Of a DNA stretch of 64,000 nucleotides, positions 40,793 to 54,200 are shown piece after piece. A program made the position numbers and the translations under genes. The notes under the pieces are model-generated. The model had not been told where the DNA came from, did not search any database, and saw only the letters and a list, made by a program, of their open reading frames with translations. The first letter of the stretch is position 1, and each line of letters opens with the position of its first letter. Location of the stretch: positions 9,574,897 through 9,638,896 of the forward strand of contig JAHRHZ010000003.1 in NCBI GenBank assembly GCA_024137785.1. Direction: 5' to 3'. Origin of the DNA: Ginglymostoma cirratum. Its lineage: Eukaryota.

Positions 40793-41510
40793 TGTGATTT
40801 GATTTGATTTGATTTATTATTGTCACATGTACTTAGGTACAGTGCAACATTTTGTTTTGCGTGCAGTACAGGCAGATCATCACATACCAAGATCATAGGG
40901 TGATTGAACAGAGTAAGGAAGACTAAGTTACAGCTGGAAAGAAGGTGCACAAAAAGCAAGATAAACATTGGATTTGAAATTTGAGAGATCCGTTCAGAAG
41001 AAGCTGTTCTTGAACCTGAGATAACAAGGTGTAGAGCTGGATGAATACAGCAGGCCAAGCAGCTGTGAAGAAGGGTCTCGACCCAAAACATCAGCTTTCC
41101 TGCTCCTCTGATGCTGCTTGGCCTGCTGTGTTCATCCAGCTCTACACCTTGTTATCACAGATTCTCCAGTTCCTACTATCTCTGTTCTTGAACTTGTTGG
41201 GATTTCTGGTTAAGCTTTTGTATCTTCTGCCTGGGTGTGGGAGGGGTCTTTGATCATCTTGGCTGCATTTCCGTGGCATCTTGAAGTGTATATGAAGTCA
41301 ATGGTTTGAAAATTGGCTTGCATGACGGTGTGGGCTGTGCACACAACTTTGTGTAGTTTCTTATGGTCCTGAGCAGAGCAGTTGCCATACCAAGCTGTGA
41401 TGCATCCAGACGGAATTCTTTCTATGGTGCATCTGTTAAAAGTGAGTGAAGGTTGTTATGGGCATAGTGAATTTCCTTAGTTTCCTGAGGAACAACAGGC
41501 GTTGTTGTGT
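40793..41510 (-). mobile_element. Rex1/Babar LINE 3' fragment, antisense
   Basis: (GATTT)n tail followed by the reverse complement of the 3' end of the 37336-40422 copy. Confidence 0.8.
41016..41181. mobile_element. Family A inverted dimer inserted in a Rex fragment, TSD CTGTTCTTGAAC (41004-41015 / 41182-41193)
   Basis: Exact 12-bp direct repeat; removing the insert restores the Rex sequence seen in the other Rex copy at 40180-40206. Confidence 0.82.
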
Positions 41511-41689
41511 CTCCTCTGACTCAGGAGGTCTGCGTTCAAATCCCACTTGTTTCACATGAGCGTTCAAACATCCCCGAACGGGTTGCTTATAAAATCCATC
41601 TAATTCCCTTTTGAATGCAACCATTTGAACCTGCCTTCATCACTTGATGCATTCCTGACATCAGCTGCACCTCTTATTTTGTCTCCAGT

Positions 41690-42210
41690 CGCGTTGTGGG
41701 CGGGGGGAGGTTAGAGACGGGGCACGCGGCGGCGGCGAGCGGGATGATTGTGGGTGACGGACCGGTTCCGCCGGAAGTCCCTCGGGCGAGCGGCCGGGAG
41801 AAGAGAGACGCGCAAAGGGAGCGGAGAAGAAAACTAAAACCGAGAAAGAAAACAAAAGGATCGAGATTTTTGTCGAGTCTCCAGGGAGACCCCGGGGGTC
41901 CAGGAGAATAAGGGACGAGGCGGCCATGGACGGCCCTCCCGAGGTGACCGAGATGTACGACCAGGCGCTGCTGGGCATCCTGCAGCATGTCGGCAAGATC
42001 GAGAACTTTCTGGAAGTTTTCTTCGGCTTCCTGTATAGGAAGACCGACTTTTTCCGAGTGATGGCTCTGAAGGAGGACAGGCTGGGGTTCCCACCCGGAG
42101 TGGCCGAGAAGCTGGCCCTGAGGGTGAGTGCCCGCGGACGGAGGCGGCCCCCACCGCCGCCAAGGCACCGGTTCGCTTTCTCTGTCGCCTCCCTCCCGAC
42201 TAACTCCGTG
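41690..42210 (+). promoter_or_regulatory. CpG island / NUDCD3 promoter with GC box (GGGCGGGG ~41698) and ETS/GABP site CCGGAAGT (41771-41778)
   Basis: High GC and CpG density spanning exon 1. Confidence 0.8.
41926..42123 (+). CDS. NUDCD3: NUDCD3 exon 1 (MDGPPEVTEMYDQALLGILQHVG...GFPPGVAEKLALR)
   Basis: Kozak GCGGCCATGG; AGG|GTGAGT donor; lies in a CpG island. Confidence 0.95.
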
Positions 42211-45200
42211 TCCTGCTCAAGATCAAACCCAGGCTTTCCCCTCCATCCACTTGTGGACCAAGGCAGCCCAATGTCAAATCTGAAAGTGTTCTGGTCGAAA
42301 AGCCACTCTCTCAGCCACTCTCCCTCACTGATGCATTTTTGTTTTTGGTTCCTTTTGCCCCTTTGAACTTAGTTGTTTCAGTGCACCGGCTGGCACCTCA
42401 TCTTCCTTAAATTCCATTATTCAGGGCTTTTGTGGTGTGTTGATTGTGTCCCTACTTCTGGGCCAAAACATCTGAGTTCAAGTCCTATTTGCTGCAGTGA
42501 TGAGCGGCATGGACTGGGTGGCTAAAAAGCACCTGCTGGCCTCAGCCCAAGGGTCAAGAACAAGCGGGTGCATTGCTGCTGGAGATTTACAGGTGGCTAG
42601 AGGAATATGGGCAGTAGAGGTTGGAGTGCACAGCTTGGGAGGGGACTACAGAAGGGTAACCACCCAACTTCGGGTGCACACACCCTGTCCAACGACACCT
42701 CGATTGCTGTTTTCAGATTCTAGAACAGATCTTTGCTTCTCCTTCAATCAAATGTACCTCAGCCCAAGACTCAAGGGGTTTTCTCTTCCACTCCAATTCT
42801 GGTTCTTGCATGTCTGACTTTAGTTCTAGTAGTGCCCACGTGCCTTCAGTCATCTGGATCTGAAGCAGTGAACTGTATCGAGCGAGGAACCTGGTGTCTC
42901 TGACTTGCAACCTCGTTTTTTTCCTCCTTCAGTATCAGCCTAAAACCTACTTAGCTTCGTCAAGATCATGGGTGGCTCAGTGGTTAGCACCATTACCTCA
43001 CAGTGCCAGGGACCCAAGTTTAATTCCACCCTGAGGCGACTGTCTGTGTGGGTTTCCTCCCACAATCCAAAGATCTGCAATTTTGGTGGGTTGGCCATGT
43101 TAGCTTGTCCATAGTGTTATAGGATGTGTAGGTTGGGTGCGTTAACCATAGAAAACACAGGGTTCCATGGATTGGGTTGGGGTTTGGGTCTGGGTGGGAT
43201 GCTCTTCGGAGGTTCAGTGTGGACTAATTGGGCTGAATGGCCTGTTTGCACACTGTAAGGATTCTACGTCTTGTCATGTGACTTGGTGTCAGATCAGCTG
43301 AAATTGCTCATGAAAGAGCTTGGGATACTCCACCAAGTTAAAGGCACCATACAATGACTCATTGGCTTCAGCCAATTCAGTTGACCCTCCTGTCCTTGTG
43401 CCAATACCAGCTCACTCAGCCCTGAATGGGATTTGCACTTCAATTATTTTTACAGAATCAATACAGACATACAGAGAATCTAAGTAAATAGTGCTCCGGG
43501 GTGAGGAGCACAGAACTGCACACCATAACCAGTTGAGTAAATTTATTGACAACTTGTTCAAAAGTGGTTGAGTTCACATGAATTTCATTGTTCAAGGCGA
43601 GAAAAAGGTGACTTTCAGGAGTAATGCTGATCTAATGCTGTAACTAGTTCATGGATGGAATGAAACGTGAACAGCGGCACAGCTTGCTTGATGAAAGCAA
43701 AATAGTGTGGATGTTGGAAATCTGAAATGAAAACTTAAATTGCTGTAGAAATTGAGCAGCTCTGGCAACATTGGTTGAGAGAGAGAAAAAGTGTTAATGT
43801 TTTTTCTTTGACTTGAGTCTTTCAGAACTGTCAGACTCAAAGTTAATTCTGCTCTGTGCATTTGCTGCCAGACCTACTGAGTTTGTCCAAAAATTTCTGT
43901 TTTTATTTAAGATTATTCAGATTCAGGTGTATTTTATGAGACCTGTGAGTGCCCACAATTGCTTTTCAAAATGTGGTGTTTAGCCTCGTGCCCATTTATT
44001 GAACAGTAACAGGGATACAGCGTCTATGACGGTGAGAATTAGTTTTTCAACATCTTGACTGTTCAGTTAATGACAACAGCGCATCTGTTGGTAAGTTATT
44101 TTGATCGATACACATGATATGTGCGGAGCTGCGGACAATGAGTGGTGGTTGGGAGGGCACTGCAGTCTAGTGAATCCTTATTCTAAATTTAATCTGACAG
44201 GAGAGATTGTTTACATGAGGGAAGATGGGATGGTAGGAATGACACTGGCAAAAGAGGGATGCTGGAGGAAGGGTGAAGAGATGACTTGTTAATTGTGGCA
44301 ATCATTTGTTCCTGCCTTCCAAGCTCACAGTCTTCCAATCCCACACGGCCCACTTCCAGTTTCTTCCCGAAGTCCACAAACACGATGTTTCTGCTGGCTC
44401 TTGCCCCATGGAACTTAATGTCTTCATGCTTTTGACTCACTTTTTTTCCCCCTTGTGCAGTCCCTTCCCACTTGGATTGTTCTGATGCTTTCTGTCAGCT
44501 TCAGAATTTCCATTTTGCCGGCAACAGCTGCATCCCCTTGACCATGGACATGCAATCCCTTTACATGTTCATTCCCGATCAGATTGTGTTAGGGCTCTCT
44601 GCTTCTTTATGGAGGCGCTGAACCATTCCCATCTTCCCACCACCACCTTCGTCCACCTGATGGAGATCATCCTCACCTCAAACAACACCTGCTTAAATTC
44701 CTGTCACTTTTTTCAGATCAAAAGTATGACTGTGGGTACCCGCTTGGGCCCCAGTTATGCCTGTCTCTTTGTTGGTTACTTGGAACATAACTTTTCGTGT
44801 CTGACTTGGGAGCCCCCACTCACAACTTTTTCTCTAGTACATCGCTGACATCATTGGTGTTGCTTCCCTCTCTCTCCCAGAATTAGGAAAAAATGATCAA
44901 TTTGGCTTCCAGTTTCCATCTTGCTCCCACCTTCAACTGATCTGTCTCTGACTCCTGCCTTCCCTTCCTCGTCACCTCTGTATGGGGATAGACTAGCCAC
45001 CAATATCCGCAATAAAAGCAGATTTCCAAGTCAAAAGAGAAAGTCGAGTTTATGTTTCGGGTGCAGTCGCTTTCAGTGCAGCCAATCCATCTTTACCTAC
45101 TCATTTTTCTCCTTATCAGTTTTTCCCCTTCCCTCGCTTACTATCAACAATCCCTTTGTCTATCTAACTATATTTCTCTCTCAAACAAAAACAAATTGCT

Positions 45201-48200
45201 TGAGAAACTGAGCAGGTCTGGCAGAGTCTGTGGAGAGAAAGCAGACTTTACATTTCAAGTCCAGTGACCCTCCTTCAGTGTCTTAACAGGGAACGAAAGG
45301 GTAGATAAATATAAGTGCTTTCCATTGTTGGGGGATTCCAGGACTAGAGTGCCGTAGTCTGAGAATTTGGACCGGATCGTTGGGGAGAGATGTTCGGAAG
45401 CATTTTATATGCAAAGGCTAGGATGTGTTTGGAATTCTTCCACAAGAGGCAGTGGATGCTGGATCAGTTTTTGTTGATTTTTCGTTGACATTTTTGTGAA
45501 GCAAATATATGGAGGGATATTTGCCAAAGGCAGGCATATGAAGTCAAGCAACAAATCAGCCATTATTTCTTTGAATGGTGGAACAGGCTCAATGGCTTAT
45601 TACTGTTCTTCTGTCAGATTTCTGTCGCCTTTTCAAGAGGAAGGCATTATGCTTCTGTTGAACTTTGGCAAAAAAAGGTCTGGTATTGAAAGAGATCCTG
45701 TTGTAATAAAGATAGAAATTTGACTGCAATTTTTTGGAGCCCTCTGACTTGCCTTTCCCCACCTTTGAATTGAGAAAGTCGGGTTGTTGGACTCAGCTTG
45801 TGATTCCTGACCAGGGTGCGCTGTCAAATGCACAGTTAAGTGAACCTTTGTGCCATCTGAGCAGCTTTTCAACTTGAAAGTTATAGAAATAGAATGAATC
45901 CATTATAGTTGGTGGTCCACAGTTTAAACAAGAGCAGGTCAGTTGCTTTTGGAAAAAGTTTCTGCAAATCAAAAGTAACTTGGATTGCCTTAGAGTGTAG
46001 ATGTGCTTAATTTGTTGGGACTTGCTTATCGAAAGAATCAGCCTTCAGAAGAAAGGAACAGTTGAATTTATAATGTTTCTTTCACAGTCACCTGACGTCT
46101 GAATTTTGTGTTACGGAAATATGAGATGAATGTTTTTCATTTGGCAGCATCACTATTTTGAAGCTTATTTTGGTTTTATTTCCGAATAGTACTCTATTTC
46201 AATTCATACACTTTGGTTCTTGACAGACCTCTGTACAGAAGAATGCAGTAAGAGGAGTTAACATTTCTTTGTAAACTTGAATTTGGATCTTCAATACCAA
46301 TTTGGCCCAGTCAAAAGCCATTATCTGACACACACACACACCGATGAACACACCTCCATTGCACCAACATGTGACCTCACAGACTCTTGTTAACTCATGT
46401 TAATTTAAAAACATCCGTGTTTGTTTTCAAATCTCACCCCCAAAACATACCACCCCATCTCTGTTTCTTCTTCCAGCTGTAAATCTGCCTAAGAACTTTA
46501 TACTGCTCCAATTGTGGCCTTTTGCATTTCCTAATTTTAATCAGTCTGTCAGTTATAGATGAGGCCTCAGCAACAAGCTGGAGAGTTTTTTTCTTTTGCT
46601 TCCCTTCAGTGTCTTGCCTCTTGATTTCAACACTTTAAAGATTCTCCTTAAAGTCTCCCGTTCTTGAGCGAGCCATCAGTCGTCTGCCCCATTATCGAAT
46701 CATAAGTAAAACAAAAAAAAACAAACACTGAGAACCACAAATCTAGTAAAATATCATCCACCTGAAATGTGAACTGTTTTTCTCTCTGCAGATGTTGCTG
46801 AGTATTTCTACTATTTTCTATTGCTACTTGAGATTTTCAGCATCTTCAGTATTTTATATCAAAAATATATACGTGATCCTGCCTTGGATCCTGTTGATGT
46901 TTTGATCAAGGTGCTTTACAAAATGTAAGTTCAGCTGGTTCTTCGTAGTTCTGTACTATGAAGGATTTGAGTTTAGAATTCTTAAATTCCCTCTGAATTG
47001 GGTGTGAATTGGCGGAGACTTGACATGTCTTAGTCTTGTCATAGCTTCTACAAGGGAAATGGCAGTGTTCATGCAAAATATTCCTTAACCCCACTACAAC
47101 CAAAAGCTCTCAAATCGTTGAGAATCAGACAGAACGGAAACAAAGCCTTCTGTCCAACTTGTTCATGCTGACCAAGGTTACCATGTTCAGCTAGTTCCAT
47201 TTGCTTGCATTTGGCCCGTTCCTTCTTAACATTTCCTCTTCATGTACCTGTCCAAATGTCTTTTAAATGTTACACCTGTACGTTCATCTACCAGTTCTTC
47301 TGACAGTTCAGTCCATGTACGAACAGCCTTCTCTGAAAAGGTTGGCCATCGGGTTCCTGTTTAGTCTTTCTCCTGTCAGTTTAAAATTATGCCCTGTAAC
47401 TTTGAATTTTCCTACCAAAGGGAAAAAAAAACCTTTGCTATTCATCTTATTTATATTACACCTGATTTTATGAGTCTCCTAGGTGCATGTTAGTTTAAGA
47501 TTATAGTAAAAGGTGTCAGATATTTATCTCTCCTTGCCAGCTTTGCCATTTAGTGGAACTGTGGCTGATCTGTAAGCACCCTGTCCTTGAATAGCTTTAC
47601 TTAACGTGAGGTCTCGTGGTTATAATCTTGTGTACAAGTGGGACAGATGCAGTCAAATGTTTTCACGAGTGCTTCATCTTGTTTTCAAGGCTTTCAAAAA
47701 GTTTGAACATTATTCTATTCAAGATAATGAGAGACGGCTGAAAGAACTGGAGCAGAAACTGAAGAGCAGGAATGTGGAAGAGGACAAACCATGTGTTCCA
47801 CTTCCTGGCCAGGAGGTCGAGGTTGAATCAACAGCAGAGGAGCAACCTGAAGCAGAAGCAAGAGAATCAGACGAACAGAACACCAAGCGCACGCAGAATG
47901 ATGATCAGAAGATGCCTGCAGGTTTGCAGCAACCCACCGTGAGTGATCCACCGCAAGAGGGCGCTGCTGCTGCACCAGTTGCGAAAAAGGAGCACTCTGA
48001 GCCGATCAAGTATGTGTGCACATTTATTCTAAGATAAAATGGAAAATAAAGGAATCAGTATCTGTCTTTGTAGTGGCTGTGAGGGTATTGGTAATAGCAG
48101 TAGTCTTTTGCAGGAGACCTGAAATGGATTCGTGTCTTTGCTTGTTTCACTCAAGTGTCACCTCACTGCGCGAAGTCAATATGACAGATTCTCTACTGCA

Positions 48201-51200
48201 TTGCAGATATTATTTGTCACAGGGTTTGACTCACTGTCTGACTGCTTCCTATCTAGTGTTTGTACTTGGCTGTATCTATTCCCTGGTATTGCAACTTAAA
48301 TGACTCGTGAACAGAATTTTAATATCAGACAATTGGATGCATTTTGGAAGGAACAATGAGAAGTAACAATGTAAAGTAAATGGTAAGATTTTTCAGAGTG
48401 AGCAGAGAATTATTGAATTGTACAAGTGGTTCCAGCAGCACAGAAAGCAGTCATGTGGCCAGTTATATCTGTACTGGCTGTCTGCCAAAGTATCTCTCAG
48501 ATATCCACCTGTCTGGCTTTACTTTGTACCCCGAAATTATATTTTTTTGGGATAACTGGTTTTTGAAAACTTGAGTTGAATCTGCTTCATCCACACACTC
48601 GGGTAGTGCATTCCACATCTTTATTGTGTCACAAAAATACTAGGCTACTATTGCCCTTCATCCTTTTGCCACTTAGCTTAAATCAATATTTCCTACTTTT
48701 AAAATCTTGCTGTAAATCAAAGCAGTTTCTGTCTGTCTGGATCCCTCTATGGTTTTGAACACCTTCACCCTTCTTAATTTTCACTTCTCCAGAGAGACCA
48801 AACCCATCATCTCCATCTCATGTGTTTCATGTGTGTTCCTCATCCCTGAACTGATTTGTGTGAATTTTTTTCTGCATCCTCTGTGTTGTCTTTACTTACT
48901 GACAGTTTGGTGCCCTGAACTGGACATACCACTGTCATCAGTGTTGTATAGATTTTTATCTAATGTCCATGTTTTTGTGTTCTTGGCCCCTACTGATAAA
49001 TCTTGACTTCATTTCTCTGTACCTTAGTGTGGAAAGGGTCACCAGTCGAACTGCAGGTACAGCAGGTGATGAGACAACAACTGGGGGGGCCTGTCAATGC
49101 GGTACTGAGGGTGCTGTACTTAACTGCACACAGTATACGAAACAAGGTAAATGAGCTTGTAGCGCAGATTGAAATTGGCAGGTACGATGTTGTGGGTATC
49201 ACAGAGATGTGGCTGCAAGGTAGTCAGGACTGGTAAGTAAATATCCAAGGATACACATCCTGTCAAAAAGCCAGGTAGACAGGTTGAAGGGGCAGGGTTG
49301 TTTCGTCCGTAAGAAATGAAATGAAATTGCTCAGAAGAAGTCATGTAGTGCTGGAAGGTGTAGAATCTATTTGATAGAGTTGAGGGACCGCAAAGAAAAA
49401 AAAAATCCTACTGGAAGTTGTGCGCAGGTCTGCGAAGACTAGTCAGGATGTGGGGAAGAAAATACATTAGGAGATAGAAAAATCATGTAAGGAGGGCAGT
49501 ATTACACGATACATGGAGAACTTTAAGATGCAGGTGGACTGGGAAAATCAGGTGAGAAGCAGATATCAAGACAAGGAATTCATTGAATGTCTAGGAGATG
49601 GTTTTTTGCAACAGCTTCAGTTGGAGCCCACTTGGGAACAGGCACTTCTGGATTTGGTGATGTGATGAGGCAGACTGGATTAAGCAGCTTAAAGTGAAGG
49701 AACTGGTCGGGTACAGTGACCACAATATTGTAGAATTCACCCTGCAGTTTGAGACGGAGAGGTGGAATCAGATGTAACAGTGTTACCGTAGAGAGAAGGA
49801 AACTACAAAAGCATGAGGGAGGAGCTGGGTAAAATTGATTGGAAGGCAAGCCAAGCAGAAATTTCTCGTGGTAATTTGGAAGACAGCAGAAATTCATCCC
49901 AAGGAAGAAGAAATGTGTTAAAGGAGAGGATGAGGCAACCATGGCTGACAAGGGAAGTTAGGGACACCATTAAAGCAAAAGAGAAAGCATACAATGTGGT
50001 GAAGATGAGTGGGAAGCCAGAGGATGGGGAAGCTTTTAAAAATCAGCAAAGAACAACTAGAAAGCAATAAGGAGGGTGAAGGTGAAATATGAAACTAAGA
50101 TAGCTACTGATATGGAAGAAGATCATGAGAGTTTTTATAAAGATATCTAAAAAAAGTAAGAGAAAAGCAAACATGCAGATTGGACCATTGAAAAATGAGG
50201 CAGGAAAAGGACTCGGATCAAAGAAATGACGGAGGAACTGACTAGGTACTTGGCATCAGTTTTCACTGTGGAAGGAACCAGCATAACAGAACTTGGAGAG
50301 TCAGCGGCAGAGATGAGTGCAGTGGTCATCTTTAGCGAGAAGGTACTGTGGTAGCTGAAGATGGATAAATCTCACAGACCACACGGATTACACCTCAGAG
50401 TCCTGAAGGTGATAGCAGAGGAATTGTAGAGGCATTGGTGGTGAGTTTTCAGGAATTACTGCAGGCAGGGAGGGTCCCAAAGTACTGGAAAATGACGAAT
50501 GTAATACCCAGTTCTAAGAAGGAACGGAGGAGGAAGAGGGTTTGCCTGGCCTTGGTTGTTGGTAGTATTTTAAAGCTCGCTATTAAGGATAAGATTGTTG
50601 AGTACTTTGAAGTGCAAGATGAAATAGGGTGAGTCAGTACAGCTTTGTCAAGAGGATGTCATGTCTGACAAATTCTTTGAGTGGTAATGAGCTGTTTAGA
50701 CAAAAGAGAGCCAGTGCATGTTGTTTGTTGGGATTTCCAGAAGACCTTTGACAAAGTGTGCACAGGCTGCTGCTGAATACGATACAAGTGCATGGTGTTA
50801 GGATAACGTACTGGCATGGATACAGCATTGGCTGTCTGGCAGAAGGCAGACAGTGGGGCTAATGGGGTCTGTTTCAGGATGGCAGCTTGTGACAGTAGAG
50901 TTCTCTCGGGGTCCATGTTGGGAGCACGAGTGTTCACGTTATACATTAACAATCTGGACAAAGGAACTGAGGGCATTGTGGCTAAGTTTGAAGACAGCAC
51001 AAGGATAGGTGGAGGGGCAGGTTTTGTGAGGAAGCCAAAATGCTGCAGAAGGTTTGGACAGACTGAGCGAAGGAGTGGAAGATGGAACAGAATGTGGTAA
51101 AGTATGAAGTTATGCACTACGGTTGGAGGAACAGAGGCGTAAATTATTTTCTAAATCAGGAAAAGGCTTCAGAAGTATGAAGCACAAAGGGACTTGGGAG

Positions 51201-54200
51201 TCCAAGTTCAGGATTCTCTTTCGGTTAGCATGCAGTGGCAGTTGGCAGTAAGGAAGGGAAATGTAGTGTTAGCATTCATTTCAAGAGGAGGAGAATACAA
51301 CAGCAGAATGGTACTGCTGAGACTGTAAGGCTCTGATCAGACAGTGTTTGGAATATTGTGCACAGTTTTGGGGCCCTTTATCTAAGGAAGAATGTATGCT
51401 GGCATTGGAGGGGATCCAGGGGAGATAGATAAGAATGTTTCTGGGGATGAGGGGCTTGTTGTATGATGAACAGTTGAGGATTCTGGGTCTGCCCTCTGTG
51501 GACTTTGAAGGATGAGGGGGGATCTAACTGAAACTTGGAGAACACTGAGAAACCTTGATTGAGGAAGGTGTTTTCACTCATCAGAAATACCAGGACCCGA
51601 AGACTCTGCCTCAGAGTGAATTGATGACCCTTTAGAACTGAGATGAGGATGAATATCTTCAAGCTGAGGGTGGTTAATCTGTGGAACCGAACTCGCTGCT
51701 GCAGAGGGCTGTGGGGACCAGGTCATTGAGTGTATTTCAGACAAATCGACCAATTCTTGATTGGTAAGGGTATTGAGTGCATTGCGGGGGAGGTGGGTGG
51801 AAGCAGGAGAATGGATTTGGGAAACGTATCAGTCATGATCAAATTGTGAAGTAAATGCGATGGGCTGAATGGCCTAATTCTGTCATATGACTTTTGGTTT
51901 GACTATTTTTTGAAGTGAAGCTGCCATCTTCTGTAGAAAAGAAGTGCATAGAACTTGCTGGTCCCTTTGCTCATGCAGCCCCTGAGAATTTTACCCTCCA
52001 CATTATATTCCGTCTCTTGATTGTTACTATCTCAGTAAATCATTTCATATATGAATAAAGACACTCAGTGATTCACACACGTGTTTGAAGATGGGTAAGC
52101 AAGCTCACAGTACTTTGGAAAAAGAATCTGTGGTCTGGAGGAATTAAAATGAAAAAATGATGATTGTCTGCAATGGAGAATGCCAAACTGTATTGCTTAT
52201 GAAGTGCTATGGCTACTGTTTGTCGACATACAAATGCCATGGATGTTGGAATTCAGAGTATAGTTTCAAGATTTGGCAATGATATCACACTGCAGGAATT
52301 TCAAACAGTGAGGACAGCACTGATTGCCTGCCACAGGACACGCCAGTAGTGTGAGCAGACACTGGCAAAGTTCACAGAGGGGTTTGACAAGATGGTTTTT
52401 ATTAGAAGGGACAGGAGGCAATCCCATCATTCGAAATAGTGTACAGGAGCAGAAGGACAATAGAAGTGTACGTGCATAGATTTTGGCAGGTAGCAACGTG
52501 TATTGAGAGCATGGTTAACTAAATGCATGGGGTTTTGGACTTCATAAATAGATATTTCGCATTCCCTGTGCAATGAAGCATTTGAGGCTATGTCATTGAA
52601 TGTTTTTAAGGCAAAAATAGATACATTTTTGAACAGTAAAGGAATTAAGTGTTGTGGTGACAGGCAGCTAAGTGGAGTTGACTCGACGAAAAGATCAGGC
52701 ATGATTTTATTGAATGGCAGAGTAGGCTCAACGGACAAGATGGCCAACTCCTCCTATTTCTTATGTTCTTATGTTTGGCTGAATCTGCACAAAACCCTTG
52801 TTAGGCCACATCTGTAATATTGCATCCACTTATGGTTACCACACACTTAATGACTTGTATGTGAGTCCTTGACATTAGGGATTTATGCATATGAGTTGGC
52901 TGTTTAGCCATCGGCTGACTCTACCATTCAATCATGGCTGATCGAACGTTTCAATGGAATTTACCTACTCATCCCTGCAACCCTGAATGTCCTTGCTAGA
53001 CTGAGCTACCACAGCACTCTGTGGCAGAGTATTCCAAAGGTTCGCAATCCTTTGATTTTAAAAGAAGGAATCCTCACCTCACACCTAAGTGGCTTCCCTC
53101 TGACTTTTTCATTTGTGTCCCTGGTTCTTGTCTTCCCAGTCAGGGGAAGTATTTTGCCTACATATACCCTGTGTATGCCTTGAAGTGTTTTTAAAGTTTC
53201 ACTGCAATCTCCTCTCATTCTTTGAAATTCCGGAGAGTGCAGGTTCAGTTTGCCTAATCTCTCTTGTTAGGCCAGTCCCACCATCCTGTCAATAAGTTTG
53301 GCGAACTTCAGTTGCACTGTTGCAGTAGCATCTATCGCGAGACCAAAACCATACACTGCAGTCTATTTGGGGGTCAGATTAATTCCTGCCCCGAAGGGGC
53401 TGCACTCGGAAAGCTTGTGATTTCAAATATACCTGGTAGATTATAACCTGACATCACGTGACTTCTCACTTTGTCCGCCCTAGTCCAACACCGGCACTTC
53501 TACACCATGACATTGCAGCTTTTACGCATCTCTGATCAATTAACTACTTTGATCCCTGCCTCTGGATGGGAAATAGTGGTTCAAACAGGAAACTGGATGA
53601 TACAAGATCAAGAGTTCTCTTCCAAAAGAACCATGGTCATAGTGTTGAGCTCCATTACATGTCGTTCGATTATGTCCCACATTTTCAGCAGAGCAAAGTC
53701 TTGTAGTGACCCACAAATTTCACTATTTTCCAACACAAGTCAGTCTCAAAACTCCAAGAAAAATGAGTTGATTTGGGTTAGTTGCGATATAGTTCTCTGC
53801 TTTCTTTAAAGCATGTGGCTGCACCTTAAATTTGAGACCAAAAAATGCTTGACAGTCCTCCAATTCATTAGACCCATATCGATTGCAGTCCATTCCTATT
53901 CCATCAAGAAAATTAATTAATTCCTTGAAATTGTTGGTTGGAGCGCAATGTGTGCTTCATGGTATTGCCATTCGTTCAGGAAGGTGAACAAATAATACGT
54001 TTTGGCTGTTCACTGTTTTAATTGTCTACGCTGAGGATGGACTCAGAGATTGGGAAATGGCTCTGCAAGAAGAAAGCAATCTAAAATGAGTAAAACGACA
54101 AACAAATTCATTCCAGATTTCTTTTGTGACCAAACTGCGTAACATTCAATTTTTGTTGGAGGATTTAAGATTTGAAGGAATGTGGAAAAATGAATTTATT

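Noticed and set aside
41661-42168. Long minus-strand ORFs (111, 164, 109 aa) over NUDCD3 exon 1
   Set aside because: Stop-poor GC-rich CpG island antisense to a real exon; no recognisable domain.
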